A stretch of DNA of 64,000 nt from Sphaerodactylus townsendi. Its lineage: Eukaryota. Positions 23,896 through 36,508 of the stretch are shown here, piece after piece (positions within the stretch are counted from its first letter, which is position 1; each line of letters begins with the position of its first letter). The notes under the pieces were generated by a model. That model was not told the DNA's origin. It ran no database searches and saw nothing but the letters and a program-made list of their open reading frames with translations. The DNA is taken from assembly GCF_021028975.2 (NCBI RefSeq), contig NC_059429.1:98332001-98396000 (forward strand), in the 5' to 3' direction. The translations under genes were made by a program, and so were the position numbers.

Positions 23896-24865
23896 CTGAA
23901 AGAAAAGCAATATTTAGTATTTTGATATAGGTTTCTACCATTCAATAGATCCAAAATTTAGAATGAATCCACATATACATATGCTGATTTCTATAACAAA
24001 CAAATATGGCCACTGATAGGGAAGCAAGAGAAACAGGAAACATGTAATATGTAAGACATTAGTCATTAGTTTTCCAGCACAATTATCTCTTCTAAAGAAT
24101 GTCATGTTCTTCAAGAACAGGAAATGACTGCTTGCCATATATAGGTCCTTCAGTGAGACTTCAATATGCTTAAAAGATACTAACAGCGGTCTTAATGTTT
24201 ATATGAATGCAATTAATACTAATGATCTAAAGTATATCAGTGCAGGACCAACACAAAAAAATGTTGGCATCTCCAGTGGAGCATCTGTGGCCTGGGGACC
24301 TGGGACAGGAAGTTCTTGAGTCATATCATTATTCTCAGCCCAGAGGCTAGAGGAGCAGAAGTAGCACACCTCCCTCAAGCATCATGAAGGCTTGGCCTGG
24401 AGGAGCCTGAGCTGTATGACCATGATGTCTCAAGGCTCGGAGTCAAGGTGGTTTTGCCCATAAATTTAGGGATGCACAAAGAAGAGGTAATTTTACAGCT
24501 CTTACAAATTACAGCCCAATTTTACAGCTACAAATAATAAAAACAAATTAGGACTCAACATGTTAAAATCAGGATGCCCGTATATACTATCACTGAACAT
24601 GCATTCAGAAAGAGAGGCCCTATCTCACTCTCTTTACCTTGCAAATTGCAGGCTGAACATCTTGGCGAGCAGTCTCATATCTCTGTTTAGACATGCTCTT
24701 TGATCTATAGCATTATACAGTGGATGTCAGAATTACTCTGCAAACACCTCGGTCTTAAGCCTTATCTCAGACTCTCACTTTATATATTCATGGTATGAAC
24801 GAACAGTGACATGATTATTTTATCTTTCTAAGCAAAGAAAAATATATATTTTGCACAGCTACATA

Positions 24866-25780
24866 CCTTATATACTCGTGCATAAGTCTACTTTTTCAGC
24901 ACATTTTTTGTGCTGAAAAAAGCCCCCCTCGACTTATACGCTAGTGAATGGGTGGTGAGCGGGTGGGGGGAACGGGTGGCGAGCAAAAAAAGGCTGGGAC
25001 CTGAGGGTGTTTTTCCACACTTGCACCCTGCTATGTGGACACAAAGGCAGCTCCCAGGTAAGCCTTGGGCTGTTGTTTCGCTGCACTACAGGTGGCCAGT
25101 AGCTTAATTCACAGTGAATACTCAGTGAATAGGTGTGAATATTAATTAAATTTATATGTTACAGAATTTTTGTTCAGGCCAGGAAGCTCCATGAATGCTA
25201 GGGAGCCATACTCATTGGGAAATCCGCACCATTGGAGCCCATGGTGGCAGGAATCCCCCTCCCACACACACACACACACAGGGTGCCCTGAGGTGCAGCC
25301 ACTGCCAGCACCTTTCTCGGCCCCCACCCAGTGTTTTTGGAAAGCAGGTGGAACTTCTGTCCAGCTGAGCTTGCAGACCTGCAAAAAAGACTTGCTTGGG
25401 GCAGCGGCTGCCATCACCATGCAAGCATCTTCACTGTGTAATGATAAGCTATCCGTGTTAAAGGAGAACCTGTAGGGACTTTTTAAAAGGGGGATCTTGT
25501 TGAGCATCTTCCCTATGAAACTCTGAAGAGATACTGTCTGTGAGAGTCATATATTCCACTTCAGAACTTTTAAAGTTATTGTTGATACCATACTGTTTTT
25601 CTTTGAAATAAATATTTAAAAACCTTTTTTTGCATCTATTTTTATTTTTGAAATTTACCACTAGCTGCTGCATTTCTCACCCTAGACTTATACAAGAGTC
25701 AATAAGTTTTCCCAGTTTGTTGTGGTAAAATTAGGTGCCTCGACTTATGTTCGGGTCGACTTTCACACAAGTATATATGG
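24866..25780. mobile_element. Non-autonomous Tc1/mariner-superfamily (Tc2/pogo-like) element
   Basis: TA|CCTTATATACTCGTGCATAAGTC ... GACTTTCACACAAGTATATATGG|TA, with repeated subterminal cgacttata motifs. Confidence 0.7.
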
Positions 25781-26507
25781 TATTTGTTTTCTGGAAGGTT
25801 AATGGTGTGGGATTTCATGTGCTAAAATGTTGGTTTCCTTGCAGTGTTTTTCATCCACATTTTATAATTAACCAATAGCAGCTAAAAGTATATAGTTCAT
25901 TTAAACTGTAGCAGGTATTTATAGACCTCCGTTCATTAGTTTTATATACATCATGTCCAACTGACTTCTAAGGCTTGTAGCTGGAACTTAGTGACATATA
26001 GTGTTGAGGGGGATGTGCACTCCTGCCAGCCTCATGGCTTCCATAGATTACAGCAATGAGGAGTAGCCAAAGGTCAGCTTAGTGATCTAAAGGCATATGA
26101 TTAGTGGTTCTGGCAACAAAATAAATTCTGATGGATTTCAGCCTTAAGCAGCTATAGCCCCCACAAGCAACAGGGTTTATATATTTTACAGATTATTCTT
26201 ACGTTCTGTATTTGATACAAAAAAAGTCGCATGTAGTTTTACATGGGATCCATTTATTGGCAATCATTCATAAAGAACTGGAAAGGTGGTGAAAGAATCA
26301 GTAAGCTGAAAATCAGTTTCTAGTTAAAAAAAACAGAGGATAGGAGCAGCAAAGTGGCTATAGAACAGGTCTAAAGCAGAAGAATCAACACTCTAGGATT
26401 ATGTGCTCCTTGTGCAATTGAATGCACAGGGCCTAGGAACACCTTGGATGCAACACACTTGAAATCTTTTCTGGGTAGTCTCCTTGATATCCATTGGTAT
26501 GTAGCTA

Positions 26508-26752
26508 CCGTGTTTCCCCGAATATAAGACAGTGTCTTATATTAATTTTTGCTCCCAAAGATGCGCTATGTCTTATTTTCAGGGGATGTCTTATATTTCT
26601 GTATTCTGTTCGTCTGGCTGAAAAATGCTCTAAAACCAAAACTTTGTTACCGCCTTACTTTTTGGAGGATGCCTTATATTCTCAGACTTCAGCAAAACCT
26701 CTACCAATGCCTTTCTATTTTCCTCCGACAACTTATATTTGGGGAAACAGGG
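26508..26752. mobile_element. Tc1/mariner-superfamily (Tc2-like) MITE
   Basis: TA|CCGTGTTTCCCCGAATATAAG ... CTTATATTTGGGGAAACAGGG|TA, with repeated internal gtcttat motifs. Confidence 0.75.
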
Positions 26753-26984
26753 TATGTATATGTCATGATTGTTGTTATTTTGCTGATACTGTTACATTAT
26801 ATGCTGATGTGTCATGTTATTGATAAATTTTGTGTGATGGTATACTTTGTAATGTACGATATTGTGATTTGTTATTTTGCTGACTTTATTCCCCATGTCT
26901 ATGAAATTTTTTTGTATATTGAGATGCTTATTGATGTTTGCAAGTATTGATATTGCTGATATTGATATTGTTACTTATACTATT

Positions 26985-27060
26985 GTTGTGCACCGCCCTA
27001 AGCCTTTCGGGGTAGGGCGGGATATAAATTGAATAAACTAAACTAACTAAACTAAACTTT
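26985..27060 (+). mobile_element. LINE (L2-like) 3' end with stem-loop and (TAAA/CTAAA)n tail
   Basis: caccgccctaagcctttcggggtagggcgg plus tail; the same end occurs at 27517-27657 (twice), 39515 and 44675. Confidence 0.65.
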
Positions 27061-27516
27061 TAATTTTTAAATTATTATTATTGAACACACATGTTCTATG
27101 AAAACCCTTTCTCAGAGCTTACAAGGGAAAAGACCCAAATGCATCATGCCTATAATTATCATCAATTATGTGGGAGAGAACATTTGCCAGAAAATTTTCC
27201 AAAGTTATATTTTTCTGTGGAAAAATATATACTGTGTATATGTCAAAACAGTCTGTTTATCGGCAGTTGTCAGGGCTGTTGTGTTGCAAATCAATCATAT
27301 TAAAGAGGGTAAATTTGAAGCATGGACAAACCCCAATGCTTGTACATGATGTGTCTCCCTTTTGCTTATATAATGTAAACATTTACATTATTTATTTACG
27401 TTTGTATTGGAAAGTTTTCTGAGTCAGATTTTCTGGAAAAACCCACTATCAATTATTATCCTACACTACGCACTGTAGGGACTGGGTAAAAGTCTGATCC
27501 AAATGATTTTGAATGC

Positions 27517-27657
27517 TATTATTATTATTATTATTTATTCAATTTGATAAACCGCCCTACCCCCGAAGGGCTCAGCTGTACACCGCCCAGAGCCCTTCGG
27601 GGATGGGGCGGTATAGAAACCTAAGAAATAAATAAATAAATAAATAAATAAATAAAA
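27517..27657. mobile_element. Two back-to-back, oppositely oriented LINE 3'-end stubs with (TTA)n and (AAAT)n tails
   Basis: Minus stub accgccctaccccgaagggctc is followed directly by plus stub ctgtacaccgcccagagcccttcggggatggggcggt. Confidence 0.7.
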
Positions 27658-27704
27658 TATCTCATGAATTCATATGATTTTTACAAAGACACAAAATGAA
27701 ATCA

Positions 27705-28370
27705 CCATCATATTGTAGATCATGTCTTAGTCTCTAAGCAGCACCACAAAAATCACACATTCATCACTGTGTGCTGCCACGATGGCATAAAAACATGGTT
27801 CCAAAACATGGATCCTCATAGATTCTCAGGATTTTTGCACTGGGTCACCCCAAACTCACTATCAAATCACATATGTTCATGGACTGATCACAAAACAGAC
27901 AATTTTCTGCTCTGTAGAATCACAATAATATAATAACATGGATCCAAGAAGCAGATCCTCTTGCACTTTCATTATTTCTTCATGGAATATTCCAATATAG
28001 ACCACACAGTCCCAGATAATATCAATGTTAATTCATATTTTTGTGCCATGGGAGCACCATGAAAAAAATGGATCTGTTAATTTTGTGGCACAGTCTGTGG
28101 ACATAGGCATGATACGTGATTACATGAAAAATTTGGGGTGACCCAGTGCAAAAATCCTCATCCGTTAAGATTTGTATCTAGGACCCTAGTTTTTGCACCA
28201 TGGAGGTACTACAAAGCAGTGGATCCATGATTTTTCTGGTGTAATCTGTAGCTATAGACATGATATGCAGTTTGACATTTAAATTTGGGGTGACCCAATG
28301 AAAAGGACTGGATGCATGATTTTTGTGGTGCTACCTATATAGACTATGACACAATCTACAATATGATTGT
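27705..28370. repeat. Degenerate fold-back (nested inverted-repeat) element
   Basis: Perfect 27-bp inverted repeat at 27828-27854 / 28132-28158; imperfect outer inverted repeat at about 27709-27755 / 28317-28367. Confidence 0.65.
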
Positions 28371-28873
28371 AAGTTTCTTTTTTATTTCTCTTTCTAGCTT
28401 GAAAAAAATCTCATTTGAGTTCTATGGGATGATCAGTTCCTTTGTTTCTTGCAAATCTTTCATTGCTTTACCGCTAAGTATCATTGCATCTGGTGTTTTT
28501 ATAAGCTTCCAATTTCATGGTCTCTGGGTTTGGACATTTACTTTCCTGATTGGACGTTGGATTTGGGGGAGTTCTGTAAAAAATGACAACACAGCACTAG
28601 AGGATCCGTGTAGATCTGGCTTCTACTTTTTTTCCTATCCCATGATATCTTTTAAATATACAGGGAAATACTGTCAACACTATGACCAACTACCATTTGT
28701 CTATGAAACTGTCAACTTTACATTCAATCTGATATTTCACTTTATAAAAATGGACAGCAGTTTGATCCCATAGCTTTTCATTTACATTTATATTACTTAA
28801 AAAAAAGGGAAAGTCCTCCTGCAGAGTAATAGTGGGGTACAGATAACTGTGCAAAAATAGGAGGATTACTGAC

Positions 28874-29004
28874 CTGATGTAAGGCACCAAAGGGTCAACG
28901 TGACGAAGAAGGACTGCAGTAACATAGGAAAATATAAATGAAGCAGATGACCAGACTACAAGGGCTGAAGGCAAGATACTCAGCCCTTGCTGGAACCACC
29001 ACAT
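28874..29004 (-). CDS. DRAM2: DRAM2 (DNA damage-regulated autophagy modulator 2) first coding exon
   Basis: [43 protein letters not shown]. Upstream acceptor gives exon start at 29018; donor AG|GTCAGT. Confidence 0.96.
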
Positions 29005-29560
29005 GTCAAATCCTAAGCCTGTAAGGAATGAATACAAATTAAGTCATCTTTTCTTTGCCTTCCCCTTTTCCCTCTTGAAAACAACAGTCCTTTTATATTA
29101 CTCTTTTTGTTTCCTACATTCAGAAACACACCCTCTTCCCGCTGCTATTCAGCTTGACTGGATTCAGTTTCGTTTCAGGGCAGTCTTGCAGTGCTTGCTT
29201 GAATGAGGAAACTGAAAGATGCTGCAGTTATAGAAGCCCAAATGGAAAGCTGAAACTTATTCTGAATACATTCAACCATAATTTGCTACAAATAGTTTTG
29301 TAAGCTAGCAAATGGAAACAATCAACAATGTCCATTCTCCTTTCTTTCTCAGCACATTTATTAGGAGATGCCAGAGGTATCACTCTTTTAGCAGTCATAT
29401 TCTCCGTGTTTCCTGTTAAAACAATATTTTAGTTTAGTTTATTTTTAGTCTGCCTTTCTTGCTTAGGTTCATGGTAGACAACAGGTTATAAAACAGTACA
29501 TTCAGCATAAACCAACTAATAAGCCCCTACAACATTAACCAATGGGCAATGCAATAGAAG

Positions 29561-29845
29561 GAAAAGAAGAGGAAGAGTTTGGATTTATACCTCACTGTTC
29601 GCAACTATAAGGAATGTCCAAGTGGCTTACAAACTCCTTCCCTTCCTCCCCCAAACACAGACACCTTGCAAGGTAGGTGGGGCTGAGAGAGTTATGAGAG
29701 AACTAGTCCAAGCAAGCTTTGTATGTAGGACTAAAGAAACAAACCTGGTTCACCCAATTAGAGTCTACTGCTCATGTGGAGGAGTGGAGAATCAAACCCA
29801 GTTTTCCAGATGAGAGTCTACCACTCTTAACCACTATACCATTCT
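29561..29845 (-). mobile_element. tRNA-derived SINE (same family as 14868)
   Basis: Reverse-complement similarity, including the tail gaagagtttggatttata and the A box ccactcttaaccactatacc. Confidence 0.8.
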
Positions 29846-30481
29846 GGTGTAGGATTACAGCATACTAGGAACAACAAACCATCTAAGAAAGGCATACTAA
29901 AACAATACATACTGTGGATTACAATGGATAAGACAACACAGTAGAAGTAGATGATACCTGCAGTAATCATTGCAATGGAGCACAATGCTATTCCATTGTA
30001 AAGATACTCTCTTGGGCTGTTCCATTCTATTGTAGTTCTAATCTCTTTTTAAAAATGCCATCTTGAACTGTTTCATACATTCTGCAGAAGTGTAGAAGCA
30101 ATCATGTCCTCACCACCACTGAAAATGCACATCAACAGATAGCTGCCAATTTTATCCATTTGCAGGGTGGCAACTTTAGAAGGCTTTTGAAATTAGAAGT
30201 CAGACATAATGGAGAGAACCCAGTAAATAATTTGTTCTGTATAATAACACCAGATTCTTAAAATGATCTGTTTAAACATATACACATTCAAATGTTTTCC
30301 TCAGAGCAAATTAATTTACAGGAGCAACCAGCAAACAACAACAAAAATACAGACTACATTACAGTAAAAGTCAACAAAACCACAGCTATGCAAATATCTA
30401 TCAGAATTCACAACAGAACAACAGCTCTATGACTAGCCAATCAAAAACTGACACCCCCCCCCCCAGAAAAGACAAAAGATC

Positions 30482-30555
30482 TAGGGGTGGCCAACCTATG
30501 GTGCTCCAGATGTTCATGGACTACAATTCCCATCACCTCCTGCCAGCCTGGCCAA
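30482..30555. mobile_element. Half copy of the palindromic hAT MITE family
   Basis: ctccagatgttcatggactacaattcccatca is shared with 38276-38414. Confidence 0.7.
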
Positions 30556-33500
30556 CCACCGGAGAACCATCAAACCTTACTCTGAACTGGAATATCTGTG
30601 AATATCAAAGATATCTGTGAATGAGCTTGGAGCTTTGTTTTAACTTATATATTACTGTAGCATATGAATTGATCAAATGCTAAGATATGCTATAGTCACT
30701 GGTGCTGAATAGCCTCCTCCACAGTTCTCCTAAAGGCACCCTACAGAGGCTACAGGTACGTCTACTGAATATTATCAATCGTTTCGTCTTGTTCCAAAGA
30801 TCATAAACATAGTCTTGTGATTTATTGTTATACGTTCTTGCATACAGCAGTCCAAACCTTTCTGAGCAGGTGATTTATCCCTATCTGTGTTAAGGTTACA
30901 AAGTCCTCTAAGCCCCATTCTCTTTTATCAGTATTGGTATATAGTACATTCACCTGCTTCAGGAGCTTTTTGTCAATATTTGTTCTGTGAGACTTTCTCA
31001 CAGCCTATCCTCTAGGTTTGTAGACCTTTAAGTCTACAAACAATACAAGCTGGTTGCTTTTTTTGAAAGTGATTTTAAAAAGTTACACAGCAAACAATGA
31101 ACATTTGACCTACGGCGTGTGCATTAAGTGCCGTCACATTGCTTCTGACCTCTGGGGACCCTATGCATCAATGATTCCAAAATGTCCTATGGTACTCTTT
31201 CCCATCTGAATGCTTGCTTATTCCTTGTTAGTTATTTTGATTTGAATCATATGAACAAGTTCCTTGCATGCTAGACTCTGGTGTTGACTGCCCTTCATCT
31301 TGAGCTAGCGCTGCTGTTTACACAAGACCAAGAAAGGAGGATCTTAGTGTGCTTAAATAAAGCTTGTGTTTACTTCAGAACAGGCAGTTCAACTACGCCA
31401 GTGCATAACTTACCTTCCACTGACATCTGAGCATGTGGCCAGCCTGCCCTCCACTAGGAGTCACTCAGTGCCCAGTATTTGTATCTCTTGCCCTTCCTCC
31501 ACAGCCCTGGCTCTTGGAATTCTACTTCCTGATCTGAAATGGCTGACTGACCTTTGATTACAGGTGACTGTGGTAAAACTTGCTCTTCTACTTCTGACCT
31601 ATGTATCTAATGGAAGAACTGCACATTGCATGGGCGTGTGCTTATGGCTAACTAATAAGGCCAATGACTGTTTTTCTCACGGGAAAAGAAGCTTTGAGGA
31701 GGATACAGAGCTAAACCGTTATTCTGCTCATCTCTTCTTCACCCCAAACCTTTCCAAAGTCATTTCTTTCCCACCTCATTTGCAGATAATGTATAATTAA
31801 GCCCTAATCATGCCTCCTTCTTTTGTGCATTCTCTTGGATTTTAACCATCTGGTTTCAGTTAATTTATTAAAATAATTGTACCCTGCATTCCTTCTTGGT
31901 TCAAGGCATCTTACACATTAACACATTGCAGATTGAAATTATGTAAAATAAAATATTAAATTAAAATACACAAATACAAGCAGATAGCTCTTTATATTCT
32001 TCAGCATTACCCTGGCTTTGCAAAAAAGGGCCCTCCTCTTGCCATCTCTTTTCCTACAAAAGTTGCTATTGTGTGCAAGTTATACAATCCCGAATATTAT
32101 ACTGCAGTTGTTTGATGTGCCCAGAATAGTGCCATTGCACTGTAATACATAAGAGAAAAAAATGTAAATGGGTGTCAAATAGACATTAAGGACTTGGTGC
32201 TACTCACATCCTCACACACCCATGGAGGGCAGCACACAGTCACTACATGGGTTAACCACCTGCACCAGAAAAGTGGGACTTATGTATTGGCATAGCTGAA
32301 AAACAGTACTACAATATTGCTCTGACTTAAAAAAATAAAATGGTCTATTCTGTTGGTGCTGATATAAGCATCAACAAATAAGTAGCAGAAGATGAGTTTG
32401 TTATGAAAATGCACAGGAAGGGGTGTTCCCTTAAACTGCAGTCTGATCTATCAAGATCTCAGTGCTTTTTCCAAACTTGCCAGGAGCTTTAATACTTTGC
32501 TAAAATAATACTTTAGTTTTCTGTATACATCACAAAGAGAATGTACACAATGGGGAGCATTTCTATGTCCCTGGATTCATTAAGAAAATTAAACTGAAGT
32601 TCATATACAGATTTTATACTGTTGGGTTCAACAGGAATTGTCAGCTCACTACAAAGAATAGGCTTCTATACGCTACTCAAGAGTTAACAGCAGATGCCTA
32701 TCCTGGATCATTTACTCTTTTGAGTGGATCTTATTTCAAGTGTGCTCTGCAACTTTCATACCTCCTGGGCCTTCTGATCTCTTTTTCTAATCACTCTTTT
32801 GCCCCTCTTTCTGTTTCAGTATAAAAATCTCAGCTAATTGAATGTAATACTGTATGCTTTCGAAAAACTGGGGATATAAATGTGCTCAACTTTAAGGGGA
32901 CTTGGGGTGGGGGGTGTAACTCAGCTACTTTCCCCAAACATGTGCTGCAATACAAAGGAAGCTTCAAGCTGGACAGAGCAGCAAACCAGAGAACACAACC
33001 ACCATATTAGCCTACAGAGAATGCCAATGGATTCTTCCAAAGCCAGTCATCTGTTTACAAACCAGAGGCTTAAGAGATGCAAAACCATTCACTGCCACAG
33101 ACTAAAAATGAAAAGTTCCTTCTATTTGATCCTAGAGTAGAAGTGAGGCCTTCCTCTTTTCTCCTCTTGGTTTTCTCCTCTTGGTGTTGTGATAAAGGCA
33201 CAGTTGCACCTCTTCCCTCCCTCCTCCTTTGAACAGTTAAACAACAGTCAGAAAATCAACACGGAACTTTTCCCTGCATGAAGATGTGATCGCGTGTTGA
33301 ATCTTTCCATGCGAGTCACTGTTAAAGACAAACAGTCTCTGCACAGCGCAAGAGCGCGCGGGAGGGCCTTACTTCTACTCTAGGATCAAATACGAGGAAC
33401 ATTTCATTTTCAGTGTGACTTCGTGACAATGAATGGTTTGCATGTCTTAAACCTCTGGCTTGAAATCAGACGACTGTGGCTGAGACCCATTGCCCATGGA

Positions 33501-33639
33501 GACCCATTGCCATTCTCCAGTAGCTAATATGGTTGCTGTGTGCTCTAAAAACAGTCCCCAGCACAGGCGATATTCAGCATTAGAGGTGTTCTGCTTGTGT
33601 TCCTCTGACAACCCAAAAGAGGGACGAGGAGGCTGATGG

Positions 33640-34560
33640 CACCTGAGATGACCCCGTCATCCGCCTCCTCTTCCCCATTAAGGAGCAACTGAAACTCGAC
33701 CCGTCCCAGGCGAGGTTAAGGAGACGCGTTATTTACCGTCCCGCCCGCTCGCTCGCTCTCCCGCGGCTGCCTCATCTCCTCGCAGTTCCTCCGGCCATGG
33801 TCGCCTCCCTTGTAAGGGAGTGCCTGACCCCAGCCGGCGGGACTGACCGAGGCAGATGAAAGGAAGCGCGCGTGCACCACCAACTCCTCCCAACTGCGCA
33901 TGCGTGGTCCTCAACTCAGTCTCCCACCAGTCCTGGCGCGCTCCCTCCCTAAGCAACCGGTGCCTGCCCTTGTTTACGGCAGCCGCAAAAGAGACGTAAA
34001 AGCGCCGCCTGGGCGAGGAGGCTGGTTGAGGTAGATGCCAGTGGTTCTTCGTGTACTTGGGGGGAAGAGGGGGGCGGGGGCTTGGCTTCCGTCGGCGCTG
34101 AGCGCCCTTCAGGCTGAGCGGAGGCTGGGGTGGGAGTTCGCCTCGTCCTTTCAGGTTCATCGGGCGGGGGGTGGGTGTGCTTTCTCTTCTCCGCGCCCGC
34201 GGGCTCTTGCGCAGGGGTGAGGGCGGCTTGCACTGGGTTGGACCTCGGAGGCTGCCTTCGCCCTTGTTTTGCCCCTTTCGCCGGGGGTGGCTGTGAGGCT
34301 TTTGAGTTCGCGCCCTGCTTGTCAGTCTTGGGACTCCTGTAATCAAAGCAGCCCGTCTTCGAGCTCCAGGAAAAGTCCCAGCAACAAGCACCTCCCTCCA
34401 GTGCGTGCAGGCACCGCACCAGGTGTCTGTCAGGTACAGGCATGACTCGGTCAGAGGACTCGTCCTGGAGTTAACACCGTGTCAGTAACTGCCTTATCCT
34501 GAGTCAGACCCGCCGGGCAGTTTAGCCTTACTGTCAGGACCCTTCAAGGTCTCCGGCTGA
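33640..34560. promoter_or_regulatory. Bidirectional CpG-island promoter shared by DRAM2 (-) and CEPT1 (+); likely holds both non-coding first exons
   Basis: CpG-dense island between divergent genes. NRF1-like TGCGCATGCG at 33895-33904; GC boxes near 34070 and 34161. Candidate donors: GTAAAT (- strand, 33736-33731), and GTAGAT at 34031 or GTACAG at 34434 (+ strand). Confidence 0.8.
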
Positions 34561-34849
34561 TATCTTTTCCCCTATCAGAGTCTTGAGTCCGAGACCATGT
34601 AGAGAGCAGGTGCCATGTCCCTCGTTTATGGCTGCTCTCAAGTCCTTTGCATTGTGTCTCTTGGACAACAATAGTGTTATGCTTTCTTTCAAAATCAATC
34701 CCAGGATTACCTCATTGCTCTATTGAGAGATATTTTCTATGTCCTGGTTGTGGGGTGGTGACTCAATACAGCCGACCTTAGACTAGGCTCTATACTTCCC
34801 TAATATTTTTTAATGTTCTGGATTCCACGCATCCCCAACTGTAGTATTC

Positions 34850-35255
34850 AAAATTTACCTATCTATACCCTGCCTTTTCCCCAATGGGGACCTAAAGCAA
34901 CTTAAATCATTGTGGTGTTGGGTGGTTTCCGGGCTGTATGGTCGTGTTCTAGTAGCATTTTCTCCTGACATTTTGCCTGCATCTGTAGCTGGCATCTTCA
35001 GAGGATCACTACTAGAACACGGCCATACAGCCCAGAAACCACACAATACCCCAGTGATTCCGGCCATGAAAGCCTGTGACAAATAATTTTTGTATCCTCC
35101 ATTTTATTCTCACAACAACTTTATGAGGTAGCTTATGGTGAGTGTGTGATTGGCCCAAGGTGACCCAGCAAACTTCCATGGCATAATGGGTATTTTAACC
35201 TGGGTCTCCCAGATACGAATCCAGTACTTGAACCACTATCCCACACTGGCTCACA
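34850..35255 (-). mobile_element. SINE interrupted by an inverted Penelope-like insertion (34914-35083)
   Basis: SINE tail at 34850-34910 and body at 35090-35255 flank a minus-strand copy (34914-35006) joined to a plus-strand copy (35009-35083) of the 19425 repeat. Confidence 0.7.
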
Positions 35256-35788
35256 ACTGCAGTGTGTTGTAAATTGCAGCGTATTGGTAACCTTCTATGT
35301 AAATCTTTTCTCACTCAAACCTTCCAGAAATTATTATGAAATTTCAAAATTCTTAGAGCTGCAGACATAGAGCGTTTGCAATATATGTTTTGTATAAACC
35401 CAAAAAAGTTTATATCACTTTCTTCCATTGTATCTATTTGTTTTGGTAGCACACACCCCCTTTATGCAATTGTTTTCGGGGGGGGGGGGGTTATACAATT
35501 GTTTCCATCATGTGACTGGGTCCTGCATTAGTAGAAAGGAACTAATCAATTAGTGTTCTACTTTGGATTTTTTTCCTAATTGAAGATAGCAGAGCAGTTG
35601 CCACTTCTTTCTCTTCTTATATTCCTAATAGCATAGAATCTTTTTTTAGAACTATGTTGCTCTGTCTTGTAATTCATTTTGGAAAATTCCTGATTCTTCC
35701 CATATTCTCCTGAATGTATTTATAGCTGTGCCTAGTGGTTAAATGAAACCGTTTCAGTGACTAGCAAAACAACATGAGAAGCATGTTG

Positions 35789-36370
35789 ACATGATAGTCA
35801 TCTTCAAGTATTTGAAGGGCTGTCATAAAGAGGATGGTGCAGAGTTGTTTTCTGTTGCCCCAGAGGGTTGGACCTGAACTAACAGATGGGTTGAAATTAA
35901 ATCAAAAGAGGTTTTAGCTAAATATTAGACAGATCTTCCTGATGTGGTTCCTCAGTGAAATAAGTTTCCTCAGTGAATTTCTGCCGAAGATAGGGGGCTG
36001 TTCCTCTTTGGATGTTTTTAAGCAGAAGATAGATAGTTATCGGACAACAGTGCTTATTCTGTGAATTTAGGCAGACCATGAGTGGGAGGTCAGAAAGAAA
36101 TGAGATAATGTTCAGTTCTCATGGCCCTTTCTTGCATGACCTTGGTTGAGAAAAGGTGAGATTAATTTTTAAATGCTCATTGTCACTTCTGAGTCTGGAA
36201 GGAATTTTCCTCCAGGCCAAATTGGCCAGGGATCCTGGAGGGTTTTTCCTTCCTTTGAGCATAGAGCAGGATGGAGGGGGGGGGGGTTGTAGTTGTGATT
36301 TTCCTGCATTGTGCAGGGGGCTGGACTAGGTGACCTTGGTGGTCCCTGCCAACTCTATTTTTCTGTTTCT
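35789..36370 (+). mobile_element. CR1 LINE 3' fragment just upstream of the first CEPT1 coding exon
   Basis: DMIVIFKYLKGCH...ELFSVAPEG; 3' end ggactaggtgacc...ggtccctgccaactctat. Confidence 0.85.
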
Positions 36371-36508
36371 AAGCAGGATAACTTGGTACAGAAAAGTTTC
36401 TGCCTCTTATATTGATCCAAATACTTTATGTTCCAGGTAGACCAGGATCTTACAAAACTTGTCAGCGATTGAAATCTGTCAGATATTAACTTCAAGGCTA
36501 ACAAATCC

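Noticed and set aside
26494-26950. Hydrophobic ORFs of 109 and 133 aa (also 28312-28773, 153 aa)
   Set aside because: They arise from T-rich low-complexity or repeat sequence antisense to DRAM2 introns; no homology recognised.
33729-34443. 220-aa and 164-aa minus-strand ORFs at the bidirectional promoter
   Set aside because: CpG-island artefacts. DRAM2 translation starts at 29004 by homology.
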